Below, one piece after another: positions 40,857 to 50,247 of a stretch of 64,000 bases of DNA; positions within the stretch are counted from its first letter, which is position 1, and every line of letters begins with the position of its first letter. The stretch is from positions 64,001-128,000 of the forward strand of contig JBBRLQ010000006.1 in NCBI GenBank assembly GCA_038231275.1, given 5' to 3'. The translations under genes and the position numbers were made by a program. The notes beneath the pieces were generated by a model. It ran no database searches, was not told the origin of the DNA, and worked only from the letters and a program-made list of their open reading frames with translations. The DNA comes from Polyangiales bacterium. GTDB lineage: Bacteria > Myxococcota_A > Polyangia > Polyangiales > Polyangiaceae.

Positions 40857-41318
40857 TCAGCGCCTCTTCTTGGCGCGGCGCGCGGCGTCCACCTCGACGA
40901 CACCGGCGGTCCGGAGCACCTCCTCGCCGATGCCGACGAAGCGGTACACCTCGGGCCGGAACGCGTACGCCTTGTGGAGCCGGCCGACGACGTCGACCAT
41001 CGACTCGGGGGGCAGGTTGCTCTTCCGCATCTTGGCGACCTTGCGGATCGAGCTCAGGGGCTCGCCGAGATCCATCAGCTCCTGGACGCGCTGGAGGACG
41101 TCGAGGGGCTTGAGCTCTCGGGAGCCGCGGGCCACGCCGTCCTCGAGCTCCTTCATCAGGCGCTTGCGACGCTTCTCGGTGCGGCCGTCCAGCTTGCCGG
41201 CGCCGGCGCCTCCGCCTCCGAGCACGTCGTTGAACATGCGCGCGGCGCGGCGTTTCTCGATCGCCTCCGGGCTACCTCGGCGGTTCGGCGCCTTCGACAG
41301 GGGCTTCGACTTGGCCAT
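40857..41318 (-). CDS. small basic hypothetical protein
   Basis: 153-aa K/R-rich ORF with typical codon usage. Confidence 0.7.
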   Translation of the reverse strand: MAKSKPLSKAPNRRGSPEAIEKRRAARMFNDVLGGGGAGAGKLDGRTEKRRKRLMKELEDGVARGSRELKPLDVLQRVQELMDLGEPLSSIRKVAKMRKSNLPPESMVDVVGRLHKAYAFRPEVYRFVGIGEEVLRTAGVVEVDAARRAKKRR

Positions 41319-41491
41319 CTCTACGCGAGTATCACACCGCCCATTCAATCGCGCAACTTCGGCGAAACAAACCGGGCGAGACGGCTCTTCAATGCTTCCT
41401 CTATGACAGCTCGTTCCGAAGGAACGACTGCCATATGCCTCTTGTGGGTCGTCTCCGTCGTTTGCCCGGGGACGGTCAAACGACTTCTGCT

Positions 41492-42772
41492 CTAACGCGT
41501 CATCGTGACGATCGCGGTCGCAAGGATCACCAGGAGCCATATCGGCCAGGTGCGGACGAAGAAGTCCTTCGCGTCGTCGCCGAGGGAGCGGACTCCCTGG
41601 CGGACGACGGCGCGCGCTCCGAGCACGCGCATCGCTTCATCTTGGATCTCTTCGCGCTCGTCGTCATCCATCGGATCGTCACCCGCCAGGAACGCGAGGT
41701 GGTGCTCGAGCTCGTGGGCAACCGTCTCGACGAGCTCGGCGTCCCAGTCGTAGGGGCCGTCCTCGTCCCAGATGGCGCGGAACGTACGGTAGTAGACGGT
41801 GATCTCCGGCTCGCGTGACGGCGACCCCATGTCACCCGGCGAGCCGGGGACGTAGGCGCCCATGAGCGGCTCACCCCCGTCGTCGACCGCCGGCACGCCG
41901 CCTTCGACGACGAACGACACGCCCTCCACGCTCTCTTCGGCGAAGAGCTCCTCGCTCACGAGGCGCGCACGCTCTGCGAACGCCTCGAAGGCCGGCAGAT
42001 CGTCGTGCTTCTCCTGTGGTCGCGAGTCGGGCACGCCGGGATCGAACTCGCGCTCGTAGGGAGCGTCGACGTCGTTGCGCGCGCCGCACTTCGGGCAGAG
42101 AGCGATCGAGAAGAGGCGCGGCGGATAGTGCGCGGCGAGGAACAGATCGGTGACGGCGCCCCACGCCTCGTCGCTCGCCGCCGAAAGCGCGCGCGCGATC
42201 CGCGCAGGGTTCTTCTCGACCCCCAGCTCGAGGATGCCCATCGCACGGACGACGTCGCCGCTGATGGCGAGCGTGGGCTCCGAAAGGGCACGAAACAAGG
42301 GTGCGGCGTCGTCCACCGTGACCGGGCCGAGCGTGACGGCGTTCGCGACGCGCCGGCGCCCCAGCGTGATCTCCGGCACCTCGTGCGAGGCGCCCAGCTC
42401 CAGCGTCGCGTCGAGCTCGGGATCGACGAGCTCGCGATCGACGAACGGCCCGAGGGCCATGGCCTTGCACGGACGATGCATGATCGCCGCGTCGCAGTTG
42501 CGGCAGCGGATCTCCACCTCGTCCTCCGCGAGTAGGCCCGCGTGCGTGAGGATGGCGCGGAGGGCGTGGAAGTCGCGGAGCTCGAGCGCGTAGACGGTGA
42601 TCGGCGTGCCGTCCACGCGCATCGCGACGTCACCCGACTCGAAGGACGCAACCGCCTCCGAGAACAGCGCCGCCCCATCCGCGCGACCACGCGACGCCGC
42701 GCCGCGCTTCGCCTCGAGGTGCACCACGCGCCCGCTCGGGACCTGGACCGCCCGCGGGAACGCCGGGCTCAC
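41492..42772 (-). CDS. zincin-like metallopeptidase fused to an N-terminal double-CxxC domain, with C-terminal TM anchor
   Basis: CRNC and CPKC; ITVYYRTF...ETVAHELEHH; GTGA overlap with the upstream stop. Confidence 0.75.
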   Translation of the reverse strand: MSPAFPRAVQVPSGRVVHLEAKRGAASRGRADGAALFSEAVASFESGDVAMRVDGTPITVYALELRDFHALRAILTHAGLLAEDEVEIRCRNCDAAIMHRPCKAMALGPFVDRELVDPELDATLELGASHEVPEITLGRRRVANAVTLGPVTVDDAAPLFRALSEPTLAISGDVVRAMGILELGVEKNPARIARALSAASDEAWGAVTDLFLAAHYPPRLFSIALCPKCGARNDVDAPYEREFDPGVPDSRPQEKHDDLPAFEAFAERARLVSEELFAEESVEGVSFVVEGGVPAVDDGGEPLMGAYVPGSPGDMGSPSREPEITVYYRTFRAIWDEDGPYDWDAELVETVAHELEHHLAFLAGDDPMDDDEREEIQDEAMRVLGARAVVRQGVRSLGDDAKDFFVRTWPIWLLVILATAIVTMTR

Positions 42773-43491
42773 GAGCGGCTCTCGTGCTTCTCGGGATCGA
42801 TCTTGAGGCGCGAGACGATCGCGCCGTGGAGCGCGTAGATGACCGGCGTGAGCAGCACCGCCACCGCGAGCTTGATCCCGTATTCGCGGCCGATCTTCGC
42901 GAAGATCCAGCCCCACGATTGCGTCGCGGTCCACCGCCAGAAAATCACGTTGATCGTGACCGTGTCGACGATCTGGCTGAGCACCGTCGATCCCGTCGCG
43001 CGCAGCCAGAGGTGGCGCGACTCCGTGAGACCTTTCCAGAATTGAAAGACGCGGATGTCGAGGAACTGTCCGATGAGGTACGCGACGATCGACGCGACGA
43101 AGAGCCGCGAGCTTCCGCCGAAGATCTTCGCGTACTCCGGCTGTGTGAAATACGTCGATTCGTGCGCGGGAAGGGCAGTCGTTACCTGAAGCAGAATCCA
43201 CGCAAAGACGGCCATCCAAAAACCGAGGACCGTCAGAAACTGCGCGCCGCGGCGGCCGTAGAAGTCGTTGACGATGTCGGTGAGGAGGAAGGTGACCGGG
43301 AACGGGATGATGCCGACCGAGATGGGGCCGAGCGGCGTGCCGATCGTCTTGCCGCCGATCACGTCGCCGAGGAGGAGGCACGCGACGAAGATGGCGCACA
43401 GGTAGACGAAGAGCTTCGGCGACGTGCCCATTCGGCCGAACGGCGTCAGGTCGGCTGCAGCGCGGGCGCTCGTCGGGGAGGTGGCGGCCAT
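42769..43491 (-). CDS. yhhQ: queuosine precursor transporter (YhhQ/Vut_1)
   Basis: FPVTFLLTDIVNDFYG, AYLIGQFLDI and LWLRATGST.LSQIVDT motifs. Confidence 0.9.
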   Translation of the reverse strand: MAATSPTSARAAADLTPFGRMGTSPKLFVYLCAIFVACLLLGDVIGGKTIGTPLGPISVGIIPFPVTFLLTDIVNDFYGRRGAQFLTVLGFWMAVFAWILLQVTTALPAHESTYFTQPEYAKIFGGSSRLFVASIVAYLIGQFLDIRVFQFWKGLTESRHLWLRATGSTVLSQIVDTVTINVIFWRWTATQSWGWIFAKIGREYGIKLAVAVLLTPVIYALHGAIVSRLKIDPEKHESRS

Positions 43492-43520
43492 CGGCCCCTT
43501 TCTATGCTATCCGGGTGCCG

Positions 43521-44264
43521 ATGCGCAAAAGCCGAGCCGCCTCGCTCCCGTCGCTCGTCCTCTTCTGCGCCTGCGTGGCGGCGTGCGGAGGCTCCAAGTC
43601 CGCGGCCGTCCCCGGGGACACGTCCGATGCGGCCGCGGCCGCCGATTCGAGCGGCACCGCGGGCGGTGACGCGGCCGACGACGGACCCGCGCCGGCCGAC
43701 GCGGGCGCCGCCGACGTCGACAAGACCGCCGCCTGCGCGCGCACGTTCGGGAACGAGCTCGTCTCCGGGTACGGGCGCCTCGATGGGACCGTGCTCGCCG
43801 TCCTCCCTCCCGCCGACAACGCGTGCGCGGCGCCCAACTCGACGCATCTGATCCTCGAGATCACGATGCACGCCGCCGCGTACCGGATGGTCGTCAACGT
43901 GCTCAGCGATCGCGCCGGCGGGGACCCTCGCATCCAGATGAAAGAGCTCGACGCGCCGCTCGTCGGCGGCGCCTGGAGCGAGGGCTGGCACATCCCCGGC
44001 GCCCTCGATTACCCGAGCGCGCTCGGCGTCCACGACCAAGACTTCACGGCGTACGAACAAGCGACGGCCGTGCAGCGCATCACCGGCGCCATCACCGTCG
44101 GCGAGAAAATCAGCGTCTTCGCGACCAACGACGGCACCGCCTACAAAGACAGCGCGCACCTCGTCCACTACAACGGCGGCAACCAAGACGGCGCGATCGT
44201 CGTTGGCGCCGCGACCGCGAGTCCGAAGTGGCTCCTCTTCCACTTCTCTTCGCAAGTGTTCTAG
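43521..44264 (+). CDS. hypothetical lipoprotein
   Basis: VAAC lipobox, DA-rich linker, globular domain. Confidence 0.75.
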   Translation: MRKSRAASLPSLVLFCACVAACGGSKSAAVPGDTSDAAAAADSSGTAGGDAADDGPAPADAGAADVDKTAACARTFGNELVSGYGRLDGTVLAVLPPADNACAAPNSTHLILEITMHAAAYRMVVNVLSDRAGGDPRIQMKELDAPLVGGAWSEGWHIPGALDYPSALGVHDQDFTAYEQATAVQRITGAITVGEKISVFATNDGTAYKDSAHLVHYNGGNQDGAIVVGAATASPKWLLFHFSSQVF

Positions 44265-44268
44265 ACGT

Positions 44269-45936
44269 TCAGTCGGCGGATCCCGGAAGATCGCTCATCG
44301 GCGGGGGACCTTCGATGGGGAGGACGAGGCGGAACGAGGCGCCGCGCGCGCCGCCGCCGATGAGGGAGAGCTCGCCGTTGTGCTCGATGGCGATGCGCTG
44401 CGCGATCGCGAGGCCGAGGCCGGTGCCGGTCGCCTTCGTGGTCGCGTAGGGCTCGAAGAGGCGGCTCGCGATCTCGGGCGCGATACCGGGACCGTTGTCG
44501 CGCACCGTGAGGGTCACGTGGGAGACCCCGTCGAAGTCGATCGCGATCGAGACCTCGCCGTCGTCCTGCTCGCGTACCGCGTCGAGGCCGTTCTGCACGA
44601 GGTTCGTGAGCACCTGGACGATCTGATCGCGATCGGCGCGCACGGTGGGAGGCGTGCGGCGGACGGCGACGACGATCTTCGCCTTGCCGGCGCTCGTCTT
44701 GTGGAGGCCCGCCACGTAGCGCGCGAGCTCGGCGGGGTCGAGATCGACGGGATGCGGCGCGGGGAGGCGCGCGAAGCGGGTGAACTCGGTGACGATGTTC
44801 GAGATGCGGTGGACCTCGTCGAGGACCGTGCGCGTCGCCTCGTCGAAGTACTCGTCGAACGCCGGATCCTGGCGCGCGCGCAGCCGACGGAGGGTCTCGA
44901 CGGCCGCGCGGATCGGCGCGAGCGGGTTCTTCACCTCGTGCGCGACGCGGCGTGCGACCTCGCGCCACGCGGCGACGCGGGTCGTCGCGGCGAGGCGACG
45001 GCGCGTGGCAGCGAGATCTTCGAGCATCGTGTCGAAGGCGCGGGTCAGATCGGCGATCTCGCCGGATCCTCGCACCTGGATAGGGCGCGCTTGATCGGTG
45101 GCGACCTTGCGCGCTTCTTCGGCGAGCTCGGCGATCGGCCGACCGATGCGCCGCGCGAAGACGACCGCCAGCGCGAGCGCGACGACGCTGGAGCCGAGCA
45201 CCGCGGTGAGGACCGCTTTGTCGATTTGCCGTAAATTCTCGTAGAGCTGCGTCTTGGTCTTCGCGACGACGAGCGGCGCCTTTCCGCCGGCGCCGTCGGT
45301 GAAGCTGCACGTCGCGACGGCGGTGTTCTCGGCGGGCGGCGGCGCGGCGCCCATCGTGACCTTCACGTCGAGGACCTTGCCGAACCGATCGAGCAGCGGC
45401 AGCAGATGGTGCGCGCCGACGAAGCCGACCGCGCGTCCGCCGGGGAGCTTGTGGGTGCAGCGCGCGACGAGGGCGGGCTTGCCATCCATGCGCAGCGAAT
45501 ACCGCGTCGCGTCGCCCTCGAAGGCGCGCACGACGTCGGCGCGCGGAGCACCGAAGAACGCCTGCGGATCGGCGCCGATGACGTCGCCTTGGCTCGTCGC
45601 GAGCATCAGCTCGTCGAGGCCGAACGCGACGCGCTGGCGCGGGACGCTCTGGCGGTAGCCGAGGATCATGTTATCGAGCTCGTCGCCGCGCTCGATGGCG
45701 ACGGCCACGCGATCGACGAGCTCTCCGGCGTCGCACGCGTTGGCGACGAGGCGCCGATCGATCTCGCCTTGGCGATCGAGCTCGACGCGCACGCTCGTGC
45801 ACGCCTTCTCGACCTCGCGGTAGTAGCGCGCCGTCTCTGCATCGCGGCGATTTTGCCGGACGTACCAGCCGAGGCCGCCGGTCGAGAGCGCGGCGAACAA
45901 CAGGAACGCAAGCACGAATCGGGTGAACAGCCTCAC
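44269..45936 (-). CDS. NtrY-like HAMP sensor histidine kinase
   Basis: AWREVARRVAHEVKNPL, NLVQNG, DNGPG and GTGLGL motifs; two TM helices plus HAMP. Confidence 0.95.
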   Translation of the reverse strand: MRLFTRFVLAFLLFAALSTGGLGWYVRQNRRDAETARYYREVEKACTSVRVELDRQGEIDRRLVANACDAGELVDRVAVAIERGDELDNMILGYRQSVPRQRVAFGLDELMLATSQGDVIGADPQAFFGAPRADVVRAFEGDATRYSLRMDGKPALVARCTHKLPGGRAVGFVGAHHLLPLLDRFGKVLDVKVTMGAAPPPAENTAVATCSFTDGAGGKAPLVVAKTKTQLYENLRQIDKAVLTAVLGSSVVALALAVVFARRIGRPIAELAEEARKVATDQARPIQVRGSGEIADLTRAFDTMLEDLAATRRRLAATTRVAAWREVARRVAHEVKNPLAPIRAAVETLRRLRARQDPAFDEYFDEATRTVLDEVHRISNIVTEFTRFARLPAPHPVDLDPAELARYVAGLHKTSAGKAKIVVAVRRTPPTVRADRDQIVQVLTNLVQNGLDAVREQDDGEVSIAIDFDGVSHVTLTVRDNGPGIAPEIASRLFEPYATTKATGTGLGLAIAQRIAIEHNGELSLIGGGARGASFRLVLPIEGPPPMSDLPGSAD

Positions 45937-45940
45937 CGAA

Positions 45941-47305
45941 TCACTTCCTGCCTCGCGTCGTCGCGGCGAGATCGAGGCCGAAGCCCGCGGTGCTCGTCGC
46001 GAGGGAGAGATCCGGGACGCGACCGCCTTGCACGCGGACCTCGCCGAGGACCCCAACGCGCATCGCCCGCGTCAGCGTGCGCACAGGCACGTCGCCGAGG
46101 CGCGGCGGGTGCTTGACGACGTCTTCCGCCGCGCCGGGATTGTCGGCGGTCGCAAGGGCAGCGAGCGCGCCGAGGGTTCCGTGCGCGAGGGGACGCGCCA
46201 TGTCGATGGCGAGCGGGAAATTACGGCTCGCGCGACGTTGCGCGAGCTCTTGAGGCGCGACCGGTTTGGCCACCACCTCGTGCGCGGGGCGCGAGAGGAT
46301 CGCGGCGACGCTGCGCGCGAGCTCGACGAGCCACGGTGAGTCGTCGCGCACGATGATGGTGCACGGCGGACCGCCCCACCCCTCCGCGGTCTCCGTGGAC
46401 CACGGCGCGCCGAGCGCGAGGTACGAGAGGCGCTGCGGCGGCAGCTCGTCGCACATGCGCTGCGCGATGCCGGGCGCGTCCCATCCCGCCACATCACGCC
46501 CGGTGAAGAGGAGCGCCCAGCCGACGTGACCGGCGTCGAATGGCTTCGCGCCGGGGCGGGGCTCGTGGAGGCCCATCCCGAGCCAGCCCACGTCGTCGGC
46601 GCCGGTCTCGAACGCGCGGAGCGACTCCGCGAGATCGCCGCTTGGCCGCACGAACACCTCGTCGAGGAACGCGGGACCGCGCGCGGCGAGCGGATTTCGT
46701 TGGAGCAGAAGCCCGTCGGCGCGGCGCTCGGCGCGGAACGGTCCGGTGCCGTCCGGCCACGTGGCGGCGAAGTTGGACGGGACGATGGCGACGAGCGGCG
46801 ACGCGAGCGCGCGCACGAGCTTGATCGGATCCTTCGACGCGAAGAGCAGCGTCGACTTCCCGTCGACGCGCGGCACCGGCACCTCCGCGAGCCACGCGCG
46901 CGCGCCGGCCGCACGGGCGCGCGCGATCGAGAAGGCGACGTCGCGCGCCTCGAGCACGTGGCCGCGCGCGGTCTTGAGCCCGCCGCGCACGTTCACCTTG
47001 AGCGTCCCGCCGTCGAGCTCGGGCTCCGACTCCGCGAGCACGGGCGCGAACGCACCCCCTGCGTCGCGCGCGTAGAGCGTGTCGAAGAGCGCCTCGCCGA
47101 GGATCGCGGCGCCTCCGTCGTCGATGCGGTGCGGATCGATCGCGCCCAGCGGCCAGGGCACGTGCAACGTGACGCGCCCACCCACCGCCGTGCGTCCGCG
47201 CGCCCCAGCGACGCCCGCCCCCGACGAAATTCCAATGGCCGCGCCGAGCCCTACGACCGGGGCCGTGGCGAGCCAGGAGAGGAGGGTTCGGCGGGGAAGG
47301 AGCAT
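45941..47305 (-). CDS. family-5 (peptide/nickel-type) solute-binding protein with Tat-like leader
   Basis: PRRTLL twin-arginine leader; 'IDPH...LFDTLY', 'PVLAES' and 'GTGPF' motifs. Confidence 0.75.
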   Translation of the reverse strand: MLLPRRTLLSWLATAPVVGLGAAIGISSGAGVAGARGRTAVGGRVTLHVPWPLGAIDPHRIDDGGAAILGEALFDTLYARDAGGAFAPVLAESEPELDGGTLKVNVRGGLKTARGHVLEARDVAFSIARARAAGARAWLAEVPVPRVDGKSTLLFASKDPIKLVRALASPLVAIVPSNFAATWPDGTGPFRAERRADGLLLQRNPLAARGPAFLDEVFVRPSGDLAESLRAFETGADDVGWLGMGLHEPRPGAKPFDAGHVGWALLFTGRDVAGWDAPGIAQRMCDELPPQRLSYLALGAPWSTETAEGWGGPPCTIIVRDDSPWLVELARSVAAILSRPAHEVVAKPVAPQELAQRRASRNFPLAIDMARPLAHGTLGALAALATADNPGAAEDVVKHPPRLGDVPVRTLTRAMRVGVLGEVRVQGGRVPDLSLATSTAGFGLDLAATTRGRK

Positions 47306-47407
47306 CCGGCGGGAAATCATCGCGCAAATCGGTCCATAAGCCCAAACGCCCTTCACGGATGGGCTTCTTCCCGAAGCGGGTCCGTTTGGATACGTTCGAG
47401 GGTGGGC

Positions 47408-50173
47408 ATGAGCTTTCAGCCGGGTGCGAGCTTCGACCGGTACGTCATCGAGGCCCCCCTCGGCCAGGGGGGAATGGGTGAGGTGTACCGAGCGTACGAC
47501 CCGCGTCTCCGCAGGAAAATCGCCCTCAAGGTGCTCACGCTCGGCACCGACGAGACCGATCCCGAGGACAAGCACGAAGCCGCGGAGCGGGTCCTCCGCG
47601 AGGCGCGCAACGCGGCGGCGCTCGATCACCCCAACGCCGTGAGCGTCTTCGACGTTGGCGAGGTCGACGGCCGCCCCTACATCGCGATGGAGCTCGTGAA
47701 CGGCCTCGCGCTGCGGGACTACATCGGCGATCCCGCGGTCCCCTACGATCGCCGCGTCCGCTGGCTCGTCGACGTCGCGCGCGCGCTGTGGGCCGCGCAC
47801 GATCGCGGCCTCGTGCACCGCGACGTGAAGCCCGAGAACGTCATGGTCCGCGACGACGGCGTGATCAAGGTGCTCGACTTCGGCATCGCGAAGCAGATGC
47901 TCCTCGACAAAGAGCCGCTGCCGATCTCGGCGGCCGCCGCTGGAACGGCAATGACGGTCCGCGCGGGCAACGAGACCGTGAAGGGCGCGCTCCTTGGAAC
48001 GCCGCGGTATTTTGCGCCCGAGCAGGTGACCGGCGATCCGGTGGACGGGCGCACCGATCAGTTCGCGTGGGGTGTCATGGCGTACGAGCTGCTCCACGGG
48101 CATCCGCCGTGGGACGAGCAGAAGGGTGTGATGAGCATGCTCAACGCCATCTCGACGCTCGAGCCGCCGAGCCTGTCGCGCCTGGTGCCGAACCTCCCGA
48201 TGGCGGTTGCGCGCACCGTGATGATCGCGCTGTCGAAGCAGCCGCAGCGTCGCTTCCAGCGAATGAGCGAGGTCGTCGCGGCGCTCGAGCCGTTCGAGGC
48301 CAACTCGATGCGTCGCATCCCCGAGGCCTTTCCGTCGGGGCCGCGGGTGGGCACGCCGATCGCGGAGCTCGAGACCGTGCGCGCGCCGCTCGTCACCACA
48401 GACGAGAAGCCCGCACGCGACGACGGCGAAGGACGAGCCGCCCCGTCGACGCCGCGCCCGCGTTCGACCGCGCCACCCCGACGTAACTGGCTGCTCGGCG
48501 CGGCGGTCACCGGCGCGATGGGCCTCGCGGCGATCCTCGCGCTCCGCGGCGGGCCACCCGCGCAGGCGAAGCTCACGACGACGGCTACGCTCATCGCGCC
48601 AGCGCCGACCGCGGTGACCGATCTGCCGCCACCCGCGAGCACGAACGTCGAGGGGCTCGCCGCGTACCGGGCCGCGATGCAAGCGTTTCGCGACGGTACC
48701 TTCGCGACGCTGCGCGAGAGCCTGGGACGCGCGGTTACCCTCGACCCGAGCTTTGCTGCCGCGCACCTTCGCCTCGCGATCTTCAGCTCGCTCATCGAGT
48801 CGGACGAAGGAGAGGCGAAGAGAAGCTACCGCCGCGCGTCGCAGTTCCGCGGTTTTCTCAGCGATCGTGATCTGCTGCTCCTGGAGGCGCTCGAGCCTTA
48901 TTTTCAGCGGGATCCATCGGAGCCCGCCGAGTGCGAACGGCGCCTGCGCGCGGCGGCAGAGCGGTTCCCCGAGGACGCCGAGCTCTGGTTCTACGTCGGA
49001 TGGATCCGCTACGACTTCGGTCGGCTCACGAGCGCGCTCGACGCGTTCGATCGGGCGATCGCGCTGGATCACAAGTTCGCGCTGGCGTGGTCCAACAAGG
49101 GCGGCATCGAGGCGTACCTTGGCGACTTCGATCGCGCCCTGAAATCGCTCGATGAGTGCCTCGTGATCTCTCCGCAAGCGACCGAGAGCCTCTGGTACCG
49201 CGCCCTCATCTTCGAACAGGAGGGGGCGTGCGCGCGAGTGGAGTCCGACGCGCGGCGCTTGATCAGCAAGGACGCGGAGGACCCGCTCGGCTACGCGATG
49301 CTGGCGCGCGCGCTGCATGCCGAGGGGCGGCCGCGCGAGGCGGTGGTTGCCGCGCTCGAGCAAAAATGGGCACGCTCCACGCCGAGCAACCGGATCCGCC
49401 GAGAGCTGACCGATCGCGCGTACATCGACGTCTTGAACGGCGACTTCGACGCCGCCGAGAAGAACGCGCTGGAGCTGGAGCGCGTGATCGCCGGCGAGCC
49501 CGAAGCCGCGGCGCACGCCGAGCCGGCGCGGCTCCTCGTCGAGATCTATCGAGAGACGGGCCGAGACGCCGCCGCGCGTGTCGTCGCCGATCGATACGTG
49601 AAGCGGCGCGACGCGTGGGAGCCGGCGCATCGCGTGGACGACGGCGCGATCGAGTCCGATCCGATCCCGCAGATGCTCGGCGTCCTTCGCCACACCGGCG
49701 GGCTCGATCGGGCGGCGTTCGTCGAGAAGCGCAAAGAGTGGCTCAACGCGTGGGAGACCAAGACCACCGAGGCCTTCTTCCACTATGTATGGGTCTACGC
49801 GTACGCGCTGCCGGCGGAGACGCCCGAGGAGGCGCGCGAGGCGGTCGCCGCGCTGCCGAAGTACGCGCCGCTCCCGTCGTTCCTTCCGCAGTCGCTCGGC
49901 GTCGCGCACATCGGCGAGGCGTATCTTCGCGCGGGGCGAGTCGACGACGCGCTGCCTTACCTGAAGAAGGGCGCCGCGTCGTGCGCCGCGCTCTACCGGC
50001 CGAGCGTCCATACGCGCGTTCATCTGTCGCTGGGCGACGCGCTCGCCGCGAAGGGGGACAAGGCGGGCGCATGCGTTGCGTACCAGGTCGTCGTTGATCG
50101 ATGGGGTCGCGATCACCGCAGCGTCAGCGCGCAGAGCGCACGCGCGGCGCGAGCGAAGCTGCGCTGCGATTAG
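47408..50173 (+). CDS. membrane Ser/Thr protein kinase with extracytoplasmic TPR repeats
   Basis: GQGGMG, IALK, HRDVKPEN, DFG and GTPRYFAPE motifs; TM helix; TPR motifs. Confidence 0.95.
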   Translation: MSFQPGASFDRYVIEAPLGQGGMGEVYRAYDPRLRRKIALKVLTLGTDETDPEDKHEAAERVLREARNAAALDHPNAVSVFDVGEVDGRPYIAMELVNGLALRDYIGDPAVPYDRRVRWLVDVARALWAAHDRGLVHRDVKPENVMVRDDGVIKVLDFGIAKQMLLDKEPLPISAAAAGTAMTVRAGNETVKGALLGTPRYFAPEQVTGDPVDGRTDQFAWGVMAYELLHGHPPWDEQKGVMSMLNAISTLEPPSLSRLVPNLPMAVARTVMIALSKQPQRRFQRMSEVVAALEPFEANSMRRIPEAFPSGPRVGTPIAELETVRAPLVTTDEKPARDDGEGRAAPSTPRPRSTAPPRRNWLLGAAVTGAMGLAAILALRGGPPAQAKLTTTATLIAPAPTAVTDLPPPASTNVEGLAAYRAAMQAFRDGTFATLRESLGRAVTLDPSFAAAHLRLAIFSSLIESDEGEAKRSYRRASQFRGFLSDRDLLLLEALEPYFQRDPSEPAECERRLRAAAERFPEDAELWFYVGWIRYDFGRLTSALDAFDRAIALDHKFALAWSNKGGIEAYLGDFDRALKSLDECLVISPQATESLWYRALIFEQEGACARVESDARRLISKDAEDPLGYAMLARALHAEGRPREAVVAALEQKWARSTPSNRIRRELTDRAYIDVLNGDFDAAEKNALELERVIAGEPEAAAHAEPARLLVEIYRETGRDAAARVVADRYVKRRDAWEPAHRVDDGAIESDPIPQMLGVLRHTGGLDRAAFVEKRKEWLNAWETKTTEAFFHYVWVYAYALPAETPEEAREAVAALPKYAPLPSFLPQSLGVAHIGEAYLRAGRVDDALPYLKKGAASCAALYRPSVHTRVHLSLGDALAAKGDKAGACVAYQVVVDRWGRDHRSVSAQSARAARAKLRCD

Positions 50174-50247
50174 AGCATCGGCAGTCTCCGGCCTTGTAGA
50201 CCCTTCGGGCGACATGCGGTCGAGCGCTCGGTGGATACCTTCTCGGA

